IMG/VR virus record: IMGVR_UViG_3300042363_000465
Coordinates: 1-36,868 of that record
DNA length: 36,868 nt
Direction: 5' to 3' (one strand)
From: a virus
Lineage: Duplodnaviria; Caudoviricetes
Shown here: positions 9,290-18,633 of the stretch, piece by piece
Layout of the letters: each line of letters opens with the position of its first letter
How positions within the stretch are numbered: the stretch's first letter is position 1
Notes under the pieces: model-generated
The model's input: the letters and a program-made list of their open reading frames with translations, nothing else
What the model was told of the DNA's origin: nothing
Databases searched by the model: none
Translations under genes and position numbers: made by a program

Positions 9290-10593
9290 TGAAAGATAAT
9301 AACAATTCAACTCTGTCTAAAAAATCAGATGAAATACAAAATTCTTTTTGTATATTACCCTTTGTACATACTTACCTTAACACTGAGGGGGATGTATTTC
9401 CTTGTTGTATATCTTGGGATGCTGAAAGAACCAATTTGATTGGGTATTTGAAAGATGCTCCACTAGAAGATCATTTTAATAGTGATTTTATGAAAACCTT
9501 GCGTCTTGATTTGTTGTCAGGAAAGAGAAGGGATGATGTGTGTACTAGGTGTTATACATCAGAAGATAACGGGTTTCCCGGCGGCCGCCATGGTAATAAC
9601 GGCGATCTAGAACACATGATTGATTCTGCGATAGAGGCAACAAAATCTGATGGATATCTGGAACCGATAATAAAAAGTTGGGACATACGGTATAGTAATT
9701 TGTGTAATTTGAAATGTCGGTCATGTGGAAGTGTTTACAGCACTACATGGTCAAAAGAAGATTCTGAATTCGTGCCCAGTAAAAAATACAATGAGATTAA
9801 AGCATTTCCTGAAGGCACCGATCCCTTAGAACATCAATACGATAATGTAGAAAAAATATATTTTGCAGGCGGCGAACCTTTGATTATGCCTGAACATTAC
9901 GCTACTCTTACTAAAATTATAGAAAAAGGTAGAGCAGAAAAAGTGCGTCTTGTATATAATACAAATATGACTAAACTGAATTACAATAAACATTATTTGC
10001 CGGATTATTGGAAACAATTTAAAAAAGTTACCTTGGGGTTAAGTATTGATTCTTTCGGTGACCGAGCAAATTACATAAGACATGGATCCGTTAAGTGGAA
10101 TAAGATAGAAAATAACATCAGAGAAATAAAAACATATTGTGAACAAAAAGGATCGAATATAGATTTTTTCTTTTCTCCTACTATTAGTTTATTGAATGTC
10201 TTTACTATAACAGACCATCATAAATATCTTTATGAAACTGGTCTTATGACACATATAGATTGTTTGTTGTTCAATATTCTATATTATCCACAAGATTTAT
10301 CTATATTGATTTTACCAGAAATACTTAAAAAAGAAATTCAGAAAAAAATACTAAATCATATTGAATGGATTCAGTCTAACGGAGGCGGTGAAAGATCAAT
10401 TAAACAATTTGAAAGTCTATCATCATATTTAAATGATCCGATAGAAAATAAAAATTATCATATTAGCACTTTTATTTCTAGGACAAACGAATTGGACCAT
10501 AGACGCAATGAATCTTTTTCAGCTACGTTTCCAGAGTATAAACCCTGGTGGGAAGAAATTAATAAAAACCATATAGTGTTGAAAAATCTATGA
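9289..10593 (+). CDS. Radical SAM enzyme 4 with N-terminal twitch/SPASM domain
   Basis: CILPF...VFPCC...CTRC, CNLKCRSC, AGGEP. Confidence 0.92.
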   Translation: MKDNNNSTLSKKSDEIQNSFCILPFVHTYLNTEGDVFPCCISWDAERTNLIGYLKDAPLEDHFNSDFMKTLRLDLLSGKRRDDVCTRCYTSEDNGFPGGRHGNNGDLEHMIDSAIEATKSDGYLEPIIKSWDIRYSNLCNLKCRSCGSVYSTTWSKEDSEFVPSKKYNEIKAFPEGTDPLEHQYDNVEKIYFAGGEPLIMPEHYATLTKIIEKGRAEKVRLVYNTNMTKLNYNKHYLPDYWKQFKKVTLGLSIDSFGDRANYIRHGSVKWNKIENNIREIKTYCEQKGSNIDFFFSPTISLLNVFTITDHHKYLYETGLMTHIDCLLFNILYYPQDLSILILPEILKKEIQKKILNHIEWIQSNGGGERSIKQFESLSSYLNDPIENKNYHISTFISRTNELDHRRNESFSATFPEYKPWWEEINKNHIVLKNL

Positions 10594-11891
10594 GTGAAAA
10601 AATAAAAATTTCAGATACCATGTGTTCTTTTCCATGGACACATTTACATGCTTGGCCAGAAGGTCGAGCTATGTTATGTTGTGTAGCCCATGGCGGAGAC
10701 AAGCGAGGCGAGGTTGGAGATTTTTCAACTCACAACTTTCAAGAAATTATGAATAGCGATAAGATGAAACAAGTCAGGCGCGATCTCATGAGTGGAATAA
10801 AAATTCCAGAATGTGAGGCTTGTTGGAAAGATGAAGAATTGGGAAAACACAGTTTTCGCAGAAGTAAGAACAACTATTCAATTGGTTCAGAGCAATATGT
10901 AGAAATTGAAAATCTTCTGAAAAAAACACACCCTGATGGCACATTAGAAGATCCTAAAATGCTTTACATGGATTTTCGTTTTAGTAACTTATGTAATCTA
11001 GGTTGTCAGACATGTGGAAGTCCTTTAAGCAGTACGATTGCAAATAATAGAGAAAATAATGACAGTGAAGAAAATTTTCTAAAAAATAAAAATGTATTAT
11101 CAGAAAGAGGCACAGTAACATCATTTGTATATGCTCGTCCAGACTTTATGGAAGTAGATGTATATCCATATTTAAATGATTGTCGTGAATTTTATTTTGC
11201 AGGCGGCGAACCTTTAATGCACCAAGAACATTTAGATATTTTAAAATATCTAGATGCAAATAAATTATACGACAAACATATTATTTATAGTACCAATATG
11301 ACGCTGACTAAATGGAAAGGAACTGACTTTTTAGAACTTTGGAAAAACTTCAATAAAATTCTTTTCTGGTGCAGCATTGATGGCTATGGAGATCAATTAG
11401 AATTTATAAGGGAATTTTCTAACCACTCAAATATTTTCAAAAATCTAGATAAATTATTAAAATTAAAAGAGAGTAACCCAAAATCATTTAATGTAAATAT
11501 ATGTTACACTCACAGTCTATATAATGCATATTATACTAAAGAATTTTTTCAATTTCTGTTTGATAATGGCTTTCTAGATAGACTAGGTGATATAGAGTTA
11601 AATGTTGCATATGACGATGAAAACTCCCCCGCATGTCTGCCGTTATTTGCAATAGAAGAATTAAGAAAAAAAAGAGCAGAAGATAGACAGTCAGATGTAA
11701 TGCAATATGCTTTCACAAAATTTGATAGGTTAGAACATTATTTTGATGCGATTGATATATCTTTAGACGCTAAAATACCCAGTAGTGTATTTGATAAGTT
11801 AGTACAAACTAAATTGAAACCTAAAATGGAAAAAATTGAGAAGGCGTTGCCATGGTTGGCTAGTGTAATTAAACGGAATCGGATAATATGA
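10590..11891 (+). CDS. Radical SAM enzyme 5 with N-terminal twitch/SPASM domain
   Basis: CSFPW...LCC...ECEACW, CNLGCQTC, AGGEP. Confidence 0.92.
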   Translation: MSEKIKISDTMCSFPWTHLHAWPEGRAMLCCVAHGGDKRGEVGDFSTHNFQEIMNSDKMKQVRRDLMSGIKIPECEACWKDEELGKHSFRRSKNNYSIGSEQYVEIENLLKKTHPDGTLEDPKMLYMDFRFSNLCNLGCQTCGSPLSSTIANNRENNDSEENFLKNKNVLSERGTVTSFVYARPDFMEVDVYPYLNDCREFYFAGGEPLMHQEHLDILKYLDANKLYDKHIIYSTNMTLTKWKGTDFLELWKNFNKILFWCSIDGYGDQLEFIREFSNHSNIFKNLDKLLKLKESNPKSFNVNICYTHSLYNAYYTKEFFQFLFDNGFLDRLGDIELNVAYDDENSPACLPLFAIEELRKKRAEDRQSDVMQYAFTKFDRLEHYFDAIDISLDAKIPSSVFDKLVQTKLKPKMEKIEKALPWLASVIKRNRII

Positions 11892-13093
11892 CTCACTGTA
11901 TAAATGTTTATAAAGGATTAAGATACACGAATAGCGGAGAGGTTATGTTTTGCTGTAAAAGTGAAAACTGGCTTGACGATAAAGATGGTATTCCTGTTAA
12001 CATAGCGACTCATACATTTGATAAAGCAATAAATGGAAAAATTGCCACTGAGATCCGAAACGATTTAGAAAATGGCATTCGTCATAAAAACTGTAAGAAA
12101 TGTTGGGAAGAAGAAGACGCTGGAATAAAAAGTAAAAGAATTTTAGATAATAATAGAGCAGAGGAATATTGGGGAAAAGAGTACCTACACGACAAAACCG
12201 CTAGTGCAGAAATTGTAGAATTAAATCTGGGAACTATCTGTAATTTAAAATGCAGAATTTGTGGTCCTTGGTCAAGTAGCAAGTGGGTAAAAGAACATTA
12301 TGAGATAAACAATAAAAAAGAACTCTTCTCTCAATATATGGAACAGGTTAAAAAATGGCAGGGTAATTGGGAAGATGACAGTCCATCTTGGATTCATATA
12401 GAGAATAGTTTACAACATTTAAAACAAATAGATTTTTATGGTGGAGAGCCTTTCTTAGTAGAAAAAAATTGGAGCATTTTACAAAAGAGCGTAGATGCTG
12501 GATATTCTAAAAATCAAATTTTACATTTTAATACCAACGGCACACAATACAATGAAAATCATATTGATATTTTAAAAAAATTCAAATCTGTATTGATAAG
12601 TCTGTCTATTGATGATTTATATGAGAGATTTGAATATCAAAGACACCCTGCAAAGTGGAATGAGGTATATGAAAACATTATTAAATTTACTGAGTTGGCA
12701 AAAAATACAGATAGTATTGATGTTGCAGTATGTATTACTGTAAATACGTTAAATGTTTTACATGTTCCGGAAATTGTAAAATTTTATGATGAGATGCAAC
12801 TACCGTATTATATTAATCTTTTGCATGGACCGCCCTACTATAATGTTAGAAATATTAAACAGTCAATCAAAGAAAAAATAACAGATAAATACAAATGTGA
12901 TACCAATAATTTGTCTGAGTATTCTAAGAATAGCTTAAAAACTGTTTTGAGCTACATGAATAATTATATAAGTTCTGATGGACCTTGGACTGAATTTATT
13001 AAGTTTACAAAAGCAAAAGATGAATATAGAAAAGAATGCTTTAAAGAAACATTTCCCGAACTATTTTCCATTATAGAGAAAAGTAATAAATGA
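11888..13093 (+). CDS. Radical SAM enzyme 6 with N-terminal twitch/SPASM domain
   Basis: HCI...FCC...NCKKCW, CNLKCRIC, YGGEP. Confidence 0.92.
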   Translation: MTHCINVYKGLRYTNSGEVMFCCKSENWLDDKDGIPVNIATHTFDKAINGKIATEIRNDLENGIRHKNCKKCWEEEDAGIKSKRILDNNRAEEYWGKEYLHDKTASAEIVELNLGTICNLKCRICGPWSSSKWVKEHYEINNKKELFSQYMEQVKKWQGNWEDDSPSWIHIENSLQHLKQIDFYGGEPFLVEKNWSILQKSVDAGYSKNQILHFNTNGTQYNENHIDILKKFKSVLISLSIDDLYERFEYQRHPAKWNEVYENIIKFTELAKNTDSIDVAVCITVNTLNVLHVPEIVKFYDEMQLPYYINLLHGPPYYNVRNIKQSIKEKITDKYKCDTNNLSEYSKNSLKTVLSYMNNYISSDGPWTEFIKFTKAKDEYRKECFKETFPELFSIIEKSNK

Positions 13094-13683
13094 AAATAAG
13101 TCAGCCGTTTGATGATATGCCGCTGTGGCAATTTGAAAATATTGATATTCCTGAGCTAAATTATTCAAAGTATCGTTATATATCGGGGCAAAACATGGAT
13201 TTCTTAACATCCGATCCGATTTACTCTAAGAGAAAAAGAATTGAATTTACTGAGTTAAATCAATGTGAAGATTTCAAGCAAATAAAAATACAAGTAATAG
13301 ATTTAATAGAAAAAATAAAAAAAACGAACACTTTGCGCCTTGACATTCTTTATCCCATGGACGCTTGGGATATGTATGAGTATCCAATTGATATTCTTAT
13401 TGATAACTCATCGTTTGATATGGGCAATCATATTGATAACAGAAACGTCAAATGCAATTTATTTTTAAATTTACAACATAATATGTCATCTACTGAATTT
13501 TCTATTGTAAATCAACATACTCCTTTTAACACCACAGAATTTAAACCGTCAATCAGAGAATGGAAAGGACCAACAGAAAAGGGAACTGGTTATTTCTGGT
13601 TTAACTGTCCAGAACTCTGGCATAGAATTCACGTAACTGATGTTGAACGAAAAATTGCAATGATGGGAGTAACCATTAAATGA
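13090..13683 (+). CDS. 2OG-Fe(II) oxygenase-like protein
   Basis: GNHID (HxD), distal LWH, and a downstream Arg (ERK), matching the double-stranded beta-helix dioxygenase layout. Confidence 0.65.
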   Translation: MKISQPFDDMPLWQFENIDIPELNYSKYRYISGQNMDFLTSDPIYSKRKRIEFTELNQCEDFKQIKIQVIDLIEKIKKTNTLRLDILYPMDAWDMYEYPIDILIDNSSFDMGNHIDNRNVKCNLFLNLQHNMSSTEFSIVNQHTPFNTTEFKPSIREWKGPTEKGTGYFWFNCPELWHRIHVTDVERKIAMMGVTIK

Positions 13684-14339
13684 ATATTGTTGTTATAGGA
13701 CCAGGCACAAATCCTCTTAGATTTGGAACATACTTTGTCAATCAGGCAGAGACAAGAGGACATACAGTCACTAAGTTTTCATATAGATTAGCGAATGATT
13801 CCGCTGAAACAATTGCTGAAAAATTTGGTGAGACTATATCTCATCTAGACAAAATAGATTTACTTTTATACAACTGCATGGGAGGAGGTTACCCAGGACA
13901 ACCAAAAGATTTTCAGTCCAGTCATGAAGTAAATTTTGCTCAATGGCAAGATAGTATTTTAATCAATGCTGCTATGCCACATATGTTTTCTATTAAATGT
14001 CTAGAGAAGATGGATGAATCTTCTTCTATAGTCTTTATGACTTCTTCTGCATCATATCTTATCAATAGAAATAATTATTTACAAATGGCAGGATATTTTG
14101 GTACTAAAGGTGTAATGAATAATTTGGCTAGAGCATTAGCCGAATACAATGACAAAAAGGCCACTGTTTCCCTTATAGCACCTCACATACCATATGATGC
14201 GCCCGATACTGCTATAGTTATTATGGATTCATTGACTAATAGAATATTAAATTTGACAAAAGAAGATAATGGAAAAATTCTACAATGTTATCCACCGAAT
14301 GGAAATATTTGGTATCATGAAGGTGGAAAGCAGGTATAA
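13680..14339 (+). CDS. Short-chain dehydrogenase/reductase (SDR)
   Basis: N-terminal VVIGPG, IDLLLYN, FMTSS, catalytic YFGTK (YxxxK). Confidence 0.8.
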   Translation: MNIVVIGPGTNPLRFGTYFVNQAETRGHTVTKFSYRLANDSAETIAEKFGETISHLDKIDLLLYNCMGGGYPGQPKDFQSSHEVNFAQWQDSILINAAMPHMFSIKCLEKMDESSSIVFMTSSASYLINRNNYLQMAGYFGTKGVMNNLARALAEYNDKKATVSLIAPHIPYDAPDTAIVIMDSLTNRILNLTKEDNGKILQCYPPNGNIWYHEGGKQV

Positions 14340-14344
14340 TACTT

Positions 14345-15559
14345 ATGAAAGATACCGTTTGCACTGCACCTTGGAATTCTGTTTATATAGACGGATCTAT
14401 CAAACTATGTTGTACTTCTCCTGGACCAATGCTAACGGACTCCGGTGATGAATCCTCATTGGATAATCTCAATACAATTCTTTCGGGTAAAACTTGGACA
14501 ACGATACGTCAGTCAATGCTAGATGGAAAAAAAATCCCTAAATGTAATCGTTGCTGGAATATGGAACCTAACAGTTTTCGGGCTAGTAATAATAATCAAT
14601 TTTCTGATACATTTAAAAAAATTATAGAAAATAACAGCTCAGATGTTATGGCACTAGAAAGTATGACGATTGCTATAGGAAATCAGTGTAATCTAAATTG
14701 TAGAATGTGTTCTCCAGATGCAAGCAGTATGATAGAAAGAGAATGGAGCAGAAAAGATAAACATCCTTTAGGTAAAGGAGTTGGACTGAGAACAGACATG
14801 ATAGTTAGCGATGCTGGAACAAAAGAAATCTTTCTTAAAGATTCTAGATTCTTAGACTTCATAAGAAAAAATGGCGAACATTTAAAAGAAATTTACATGT
14901 TTGGTGGTGAACCGTTTATCATAATAGAAGAGCATTTAACATTTCTTCAAGCACTTATAGATGCAGGCAGTTCTAAAAATATAACTTTAAGATATTCTAC
15001 AAACGGAACCAATATAACTCTTAGAAGATTTACAGACATCTGGAGTCATTTTAAAGAAATAAAAATACATGTCAGTTGTGATGGAATGGAAGAAGTCTAT
15101 GATTATATAAGATGGCCTAGTAAGTGGAGTAAAATGAAGGAAAATCTTAACTACTTTGCTGAATTGAAACGAAGCGGTAACATTTTTACATCAGTTGCTT
15201 GCACGATGCAAAATTTAACATTACTACAAGCAGATAGATTTGAAAAATTTATAAAAGAAGAATATGATTTAGGCATAGTTTATATTCCGGTAGATAGTCC
15301 TACTGAATTTTCATTGAAGACAGTTCCTATTGAAGTATTACAAAAAGTTTATAATAATACTCCTACAGAAAGAATAAAAAATATCATACAATCACATATA
15401 GATAACTACAATGAAAGTGAAAGTATATCGTTGTACAACAATATGTTAAAGGTAGTAAAATGGCAAGATAATTATAGAAATCAACATCTACATGATTTCT
15501 TTCCTACTATAGATGAGTGGTTCAAAAACAATCCTGCTAGGGCGAACTATAATGATTAA
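14345..15559 (+). CDS. Radical SAM enzyme 7 with N-terminal twitch/SPASM domain
   Basis: CTAPW...LCC...KCNRCW, CNLNCRMC, FGGEP. Confidence 0.92.
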   Translation: MKDTVCTAPWNSVYIDGSIKLCCTSPGPMLTDSGDESSLDNLNTILSGKTWTTIRQSMLDGKKIPKCNRCWNMEPNSFRASNNNQFSDTFKKIIENNSSDVMALESMTIAIGNQCNLNCRMCSPDASSMIEREWSRKDKHPLGKGVGLRTDMIVSDAGTKEIFLKDSRFLDFIRKNGEHLKEIYMFGGEPFIIIEEHLTFLQALIDAGSSKNITLRYSTNGTNITLRRFTDIWSHFKEIKIHVSCDGMEEVYDYIRWPSKWSKMKENLNYFAELKRSGNIFTSVACTMQNLTLLQADRFEKFIKEEYDLGIVYIPVDSPTEFSLKTVPIEVLQKVYNNTPTERIKNIIQSHIDNYNESESISLYNNMLKVVKWQDNYRNQHLHDFFPTIDEWFKNNPARANYND

Positions 15560-15656
15560 AAAAATAAAAGACTGGTATAAAAACTGGAAACATAAACGCG
15601 CAATTAAAAAGAGATTAAAAGAATTACAAGAAAAAGATCCTTTTACATATGATTAG
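15552..15656 (+). CDS. 34-aa basic peptide coupled to the carbamoyltransferase
   Basis: MIKKIKDWYKNWKHKRAIKKRLKELQEKDPFTYD fills the gap exactly and overlaps both neighbours by 8 nt. Confidence 0.75.
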   Translation: MIKKIKDWYKNWKHKRAIKKRLKELQEKDPFTYD

Positions 15657-17076
15657 TTGGGGTGTGAGTGCAGGATTCCATGACGCAGCGTTGACAATAG
15701 TGCAAGATGGCGTTATTGTCTTTGCTTCACACTCCGAACGATACAGTAGAATAAAAAATGACAAAAATTTAAATTGGGGATTACTACGAGCTGCACTAGA
15801 GTTTGGTAAACCTGATATTATTTTTTGGTATGAGAATCCTCTACTGAAAGCCACCCGTAGAATTTGGGCAGGACAAAAAAACTGGTATAAAAATCCTAGA
15901 TCATATTTTACAGATGTCGGTTACAATCCTGAATGCCCAATAGAATGGGGAAATCATCACAAGAGTCATTTTGCAGCAGGCTACTACACAAGTCCATTCG
16001 TAAGCTCTGCTACACTTGTTATAGATGCAATTGGTGAATGGACTACAAGTTCAATTTGGAAAAATGATAAAAAAGTTTGGTCGTCACATTATCCAAAATC
16101 TTTAGGACTTTTTTACACTGCCTTTACTGATAGGCTAGGATTGAAACCAAACGAAGATGAATACATTCTTATGGGTATGTCTGCGTATGGTAATCCCGAT
16201 AGATTCTTTGCTGAAATTAGTAAACTTACTCATACAGTAAAAAACATGCACAAAGGCGTTAGAAATTGGCGTCCCGAACTTACATCACAGCAAGACTTGT
16301 TTGATATTGCAGCAGCAGTACAAAAAGTATTTGAGTCTTACTTACATGGATTGTTAAATAAAACAAAAGAGCTAACAGGTGAAAAGAATTTAGTATATAT
16401 GGGAGGTTGTGCTTTAAACTGTCTTGCAAATAGACTTATACCAGAATATTTTAAAAGTCATTGGATTATGCCCAATCCAGGTGATGCAGGTTCTTCACTA
16501 GGTGCAATACTTGCACATACTAAAGAAAAAGTTAATTTTTGTACTCCATATTTAGGACATCAGATAAAAGGCGAGTATCCAGTTGACAAAGCACTACAAG
16601 AACTGTTACACTGTGGTATAGTAGGAATTGCAAATGGTAAAGCCGAGTTTGGTCCTAGAGCGTTAGGTAATCGTAGTTTGTTAGCAGATCCACGCGGAAA
16701 AGAAATGCAAGACAAAGTTAATGCGATTAAACAACGGCAAGAATTTAGACCTTTTGCTCCTGTGATTAGAAAAGAAGATGCAAAAGATTATTTTGATGTA
16801 GACGAAACTTTTAATTCGCCTTATATGCAACAAGTAGTGAAATGTAAGTACCCTGACAAATATCCAGCTATTGTTCACAAAGACGGGACAAGTAGGATAC
16901 AAACTGTTACATATAATCAAAATAAGGGACTATATTTGCTACTTACCGCTTGGTATGAAGAAACAGGTTGTCCTATGTTACTCAATACTAGTTTAAACAT
17001 AAAAGGACAACCTATTGTAAATACTGTTACAGATGGACAAATTTTTTCTAAACATTATAAAGTGAAAGTTATGTAA
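15649..17076 (+). CDS. O-carbamoyltransferase, NodU/CmcH/TobZ family
   Basis: GFHDAA, HHKSH, VIDAIGE, GGCALN, PGDAGSS, EFGPRALGNRS, RPFAP, LLNTSLN. Confidence 0.95.
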   Translation: MISWGVSAGFHDAALTIVQDGVIVFASHSERYSRIKNDKNLNWGLLRAALEFGKPDIIFWYENPLLKATRRIWAGQKNWYKNPRSYFTDVGYNPECPIEWGNHHKSHFAAGYYTSPFVSSATLVIDAIGEWTTSSIWKNDKKVWSSHYPKSLGLFYTAFTDRLGLKPNEDEYILMGMSAYGNPDRFFAEISKLTHTVKNMHKGVRNWRPELTSQQDLFDIAAAVQKVFESYLHGLLNKTKELTGEKNLVYMGGCALNCLANRLIPEYFKSHWIMPNPGDAGSSLGAILAHTKEKVNFCTPYLGHQIKGEYPVDKALQELLHCGIVGIANGKAEFGPRALGNRSLLADPRGKEMQDKVNAIKQRQEFRPFAPVIRKEDAKDYFDVDETFNSPYMQQVVKCKYPDKYPAIVHKDGTSRIQTVTYNQNKGLYLLLTAWYEETGCPMLLNTSLNIKGQPIVNTVTDGQIFSKHYKVKVM

Positions 17077-17093
17077 GTAATAAATAACTTTAT

Positions 17094-17387
17094 ATGGGAA
17101 CAATAATACCTTTTAAAATAAAAAACATAAAACCAAAAAATAAAACTATTGGTCATCGTATATCTTTTTATACTGATGCTGAAATAGAAATAACTCTATT
17201 GTCTTTGAATATGTTTGGTTCAGATACACAAAGATATACAATTAAAACACTGAAAGAATTAGATCCTTTGTACATTAAATCTTGTCTTTGCAGTTTGAAA
17301 TCCAGTGATGTAATATCCAGTGCTGTTAAAAAATCTATAAATATTATTATTGATAACATGGAAGAAATAAAAGATGCCAACATATAG
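17094..17387 (+). CDS. Hypothetical protein
   Basis: 97-aa ORF in the operon direction, overlapping the next gene. Confidence 0.6.
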   Translation: MGTIIPFKIKNIKPKNKTIGHRISFYTDAEIEITLLSLNMFGSDTQRYTIKTLKELDPLYIKSCLCSLKSSDVISSAVKKSINIIIDNMEEIKDANI

Positions 17388-17691
17388 TTTCCGCAATATT
17401 CAAACAGGTGTAGTGGAAGATAAGATAATGTCAATGTCTTCCCGCGAAGAATATCTCAAAGAAAATCCAAACCTTGAAACCATTATTACCGGCGCACCGG
17501 GTCTTGTAAAAGGCACCGGTGATCGAACCAAACCCCCAGCGGGATTCAAAGAAGTATTATCTAAAATATCAGAAGCAAATCCAACTAGTTCTTTGGCAAA
17601 TGATTATGGAAAAAAAGATCACACATCAGTCAAAGTAAGAGACCTTGTGCAAAAGCACAGGGAAAAAGCAGGAGGTAATATCACCGAGTAG
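17374..17691 (+). CDS. FmdB-like small protein (Cys-less variant) typical upstream of phage phoH
   Basis: MPTYSFRN..TG...MS....EYLKENP...GFKEVLSKI; position next to phoH. Confidence 0.6.
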   Translation: MPTYSFRNIQTGVVEDKIMSMSSREEYLKENPNLETIITGAPGLVKGTGDRTKPPAGFKEVLSKISEANPTSSLANDYGKKDHTSVKVRDLVQKHREKAGGNITE

Positions 17692-17741
17692 TTTATATTA
17701 TGGTTCTTTAATCCACAATTAACTCATAGGAAGTGTTGCAT

Positions 17742-18482
17742 ATGGCTAAGAAGAATCTGCGTTTAGTTTTAGATTACAAATCAAAAAGCACAACAGGTCA
17801 AATTAGTTTGTCTGACCTAATAACCATAGAAGCAAAGACGGAAAATCAAGGCCAGTTTATGTCACTATACGATACTAAACTGGCTTTTTTATTGCATGGT
17901 TGTGCTGGAACAGGTAAAACTTTTATTGCTCTATATAGAGCATTAGAAGAAGTAATGGGAAACGAAACAAAAAGAGACCGAGTTATAATTGTTAGGTCTG
18001 CTGTACCTTCCCGTGAAATTGGACACTTGCCTGGTGATCAAGATGAAAAGACTGAAGTTTACAGCGCACCATACCAATCAATTTGTCAAGAACTTTTTCC
18101 TGGTAAATTTTTAGCATACAACCGCTTGGTTGAATCTCAATATGTAGAGTTTATGTCAACTTCATTTATTCGGGGGATCACATTAGAAAATTCTGTTATC
18201 ATTGTAGATGAATGTCAAAACTTGAACGATATGGAAATTAATAGTATAATGACTAGAGTAGGGGCTAATACCAAAATTATATTCTGTGGTGACTTCCGCC
18301 AAACGGATCTTCATCGGCGCAACGATATGTCGGGTATGAAGAAGTTTATGGCTACAGTTGATGGTATGCCTTCATTCAGTTCTATTGAATATGGACCAGA
18401 TGATATTGTCAGATCACAGTTAGTTAAAGAGTATATTCTCGCTAGAATGCAATATGAGGATCAAAATCCTGTAAGTTATTGA
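17742..18482 (+). CDS. phoH: PhoH-like ATPase
   Basis: GCAGTGKT Walker A, IGHLPGD..EK, FIRGITL, IIVDECQN, FCGD..QTD, DIVRS. ATG at 17742 follows an AGGA SD and is preferred over the track's 17733 start. Confidence 0.95.
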   Translation: MAKKNLRLVLDYKSKSTTGQISLSDLITIEAKTENQGQFMSLYDTKLAFLLHGCAGTGKTFIALYRALEEVMGNETKRDRVIIVRSAVPSREIGHLPGDQDEKTEVYSAPYQSICQELFPGKFLAYNRLVESQYVEFMSTSFIRGITLENSVIIVDECQNLNDMEINSIMTRVGANTKIIFCGDFRQTDLHRRNDMSGMKKFMATVDGMPSFSSIEYGPDDIVRSQLVKEYILARMQYEDQNPVSY

Positions 18483-18552
18483 TTTTCTTAGTAAACTCTT
18501 TTCTTCAATAAAAACAAACACTTACGTCAGAAATGTCATAAGTGTTTGTTTT
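18471..18552. repeat. Three copies of a TAAGT-based motif in alternating orientation, including a perfect 14-bp inverted repeat
   Basis: aaaacaaacactta (18511-18524) and taagtgtttgtttt (18539-18552); degenerate copy gtaagttattgatttt (18471-18486). Confidence 0.8.
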
Positions 18553-18570
18553 CCTTAGATTAAATAATGC

Positions 18571-18599
18571 TTGACTTTTCAGAAAAACTAGTGTATAAT
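18571..18599 (+). promoter_or_regulatory. sigma70 promoter for the small-ORF/tRNA unit
   Basis: TTGACT, 17-nt spacer, TATAAT. Confidence 0.8.
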
Positions 18600-18633
18600 A
18601 CTTGTATAAACTGAGAAATTAAGGTGAAAAGAG

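Noticed and set aside
3981-15559. Radical SAM genes as QueE, MoaA, NrdG or viperin
   Set aside because: No partner genes (queC/queD/folE, moaC, nrdD) are present, and the lengths and N-terminal Cys domains do not fit those families.
16583-16612. TTGACA-18-TACACT inside the carbamoyltransferase
   Set aside because: The -10 and spacing are weaker, and such matches are plausible by chance in AT-rich DNA.
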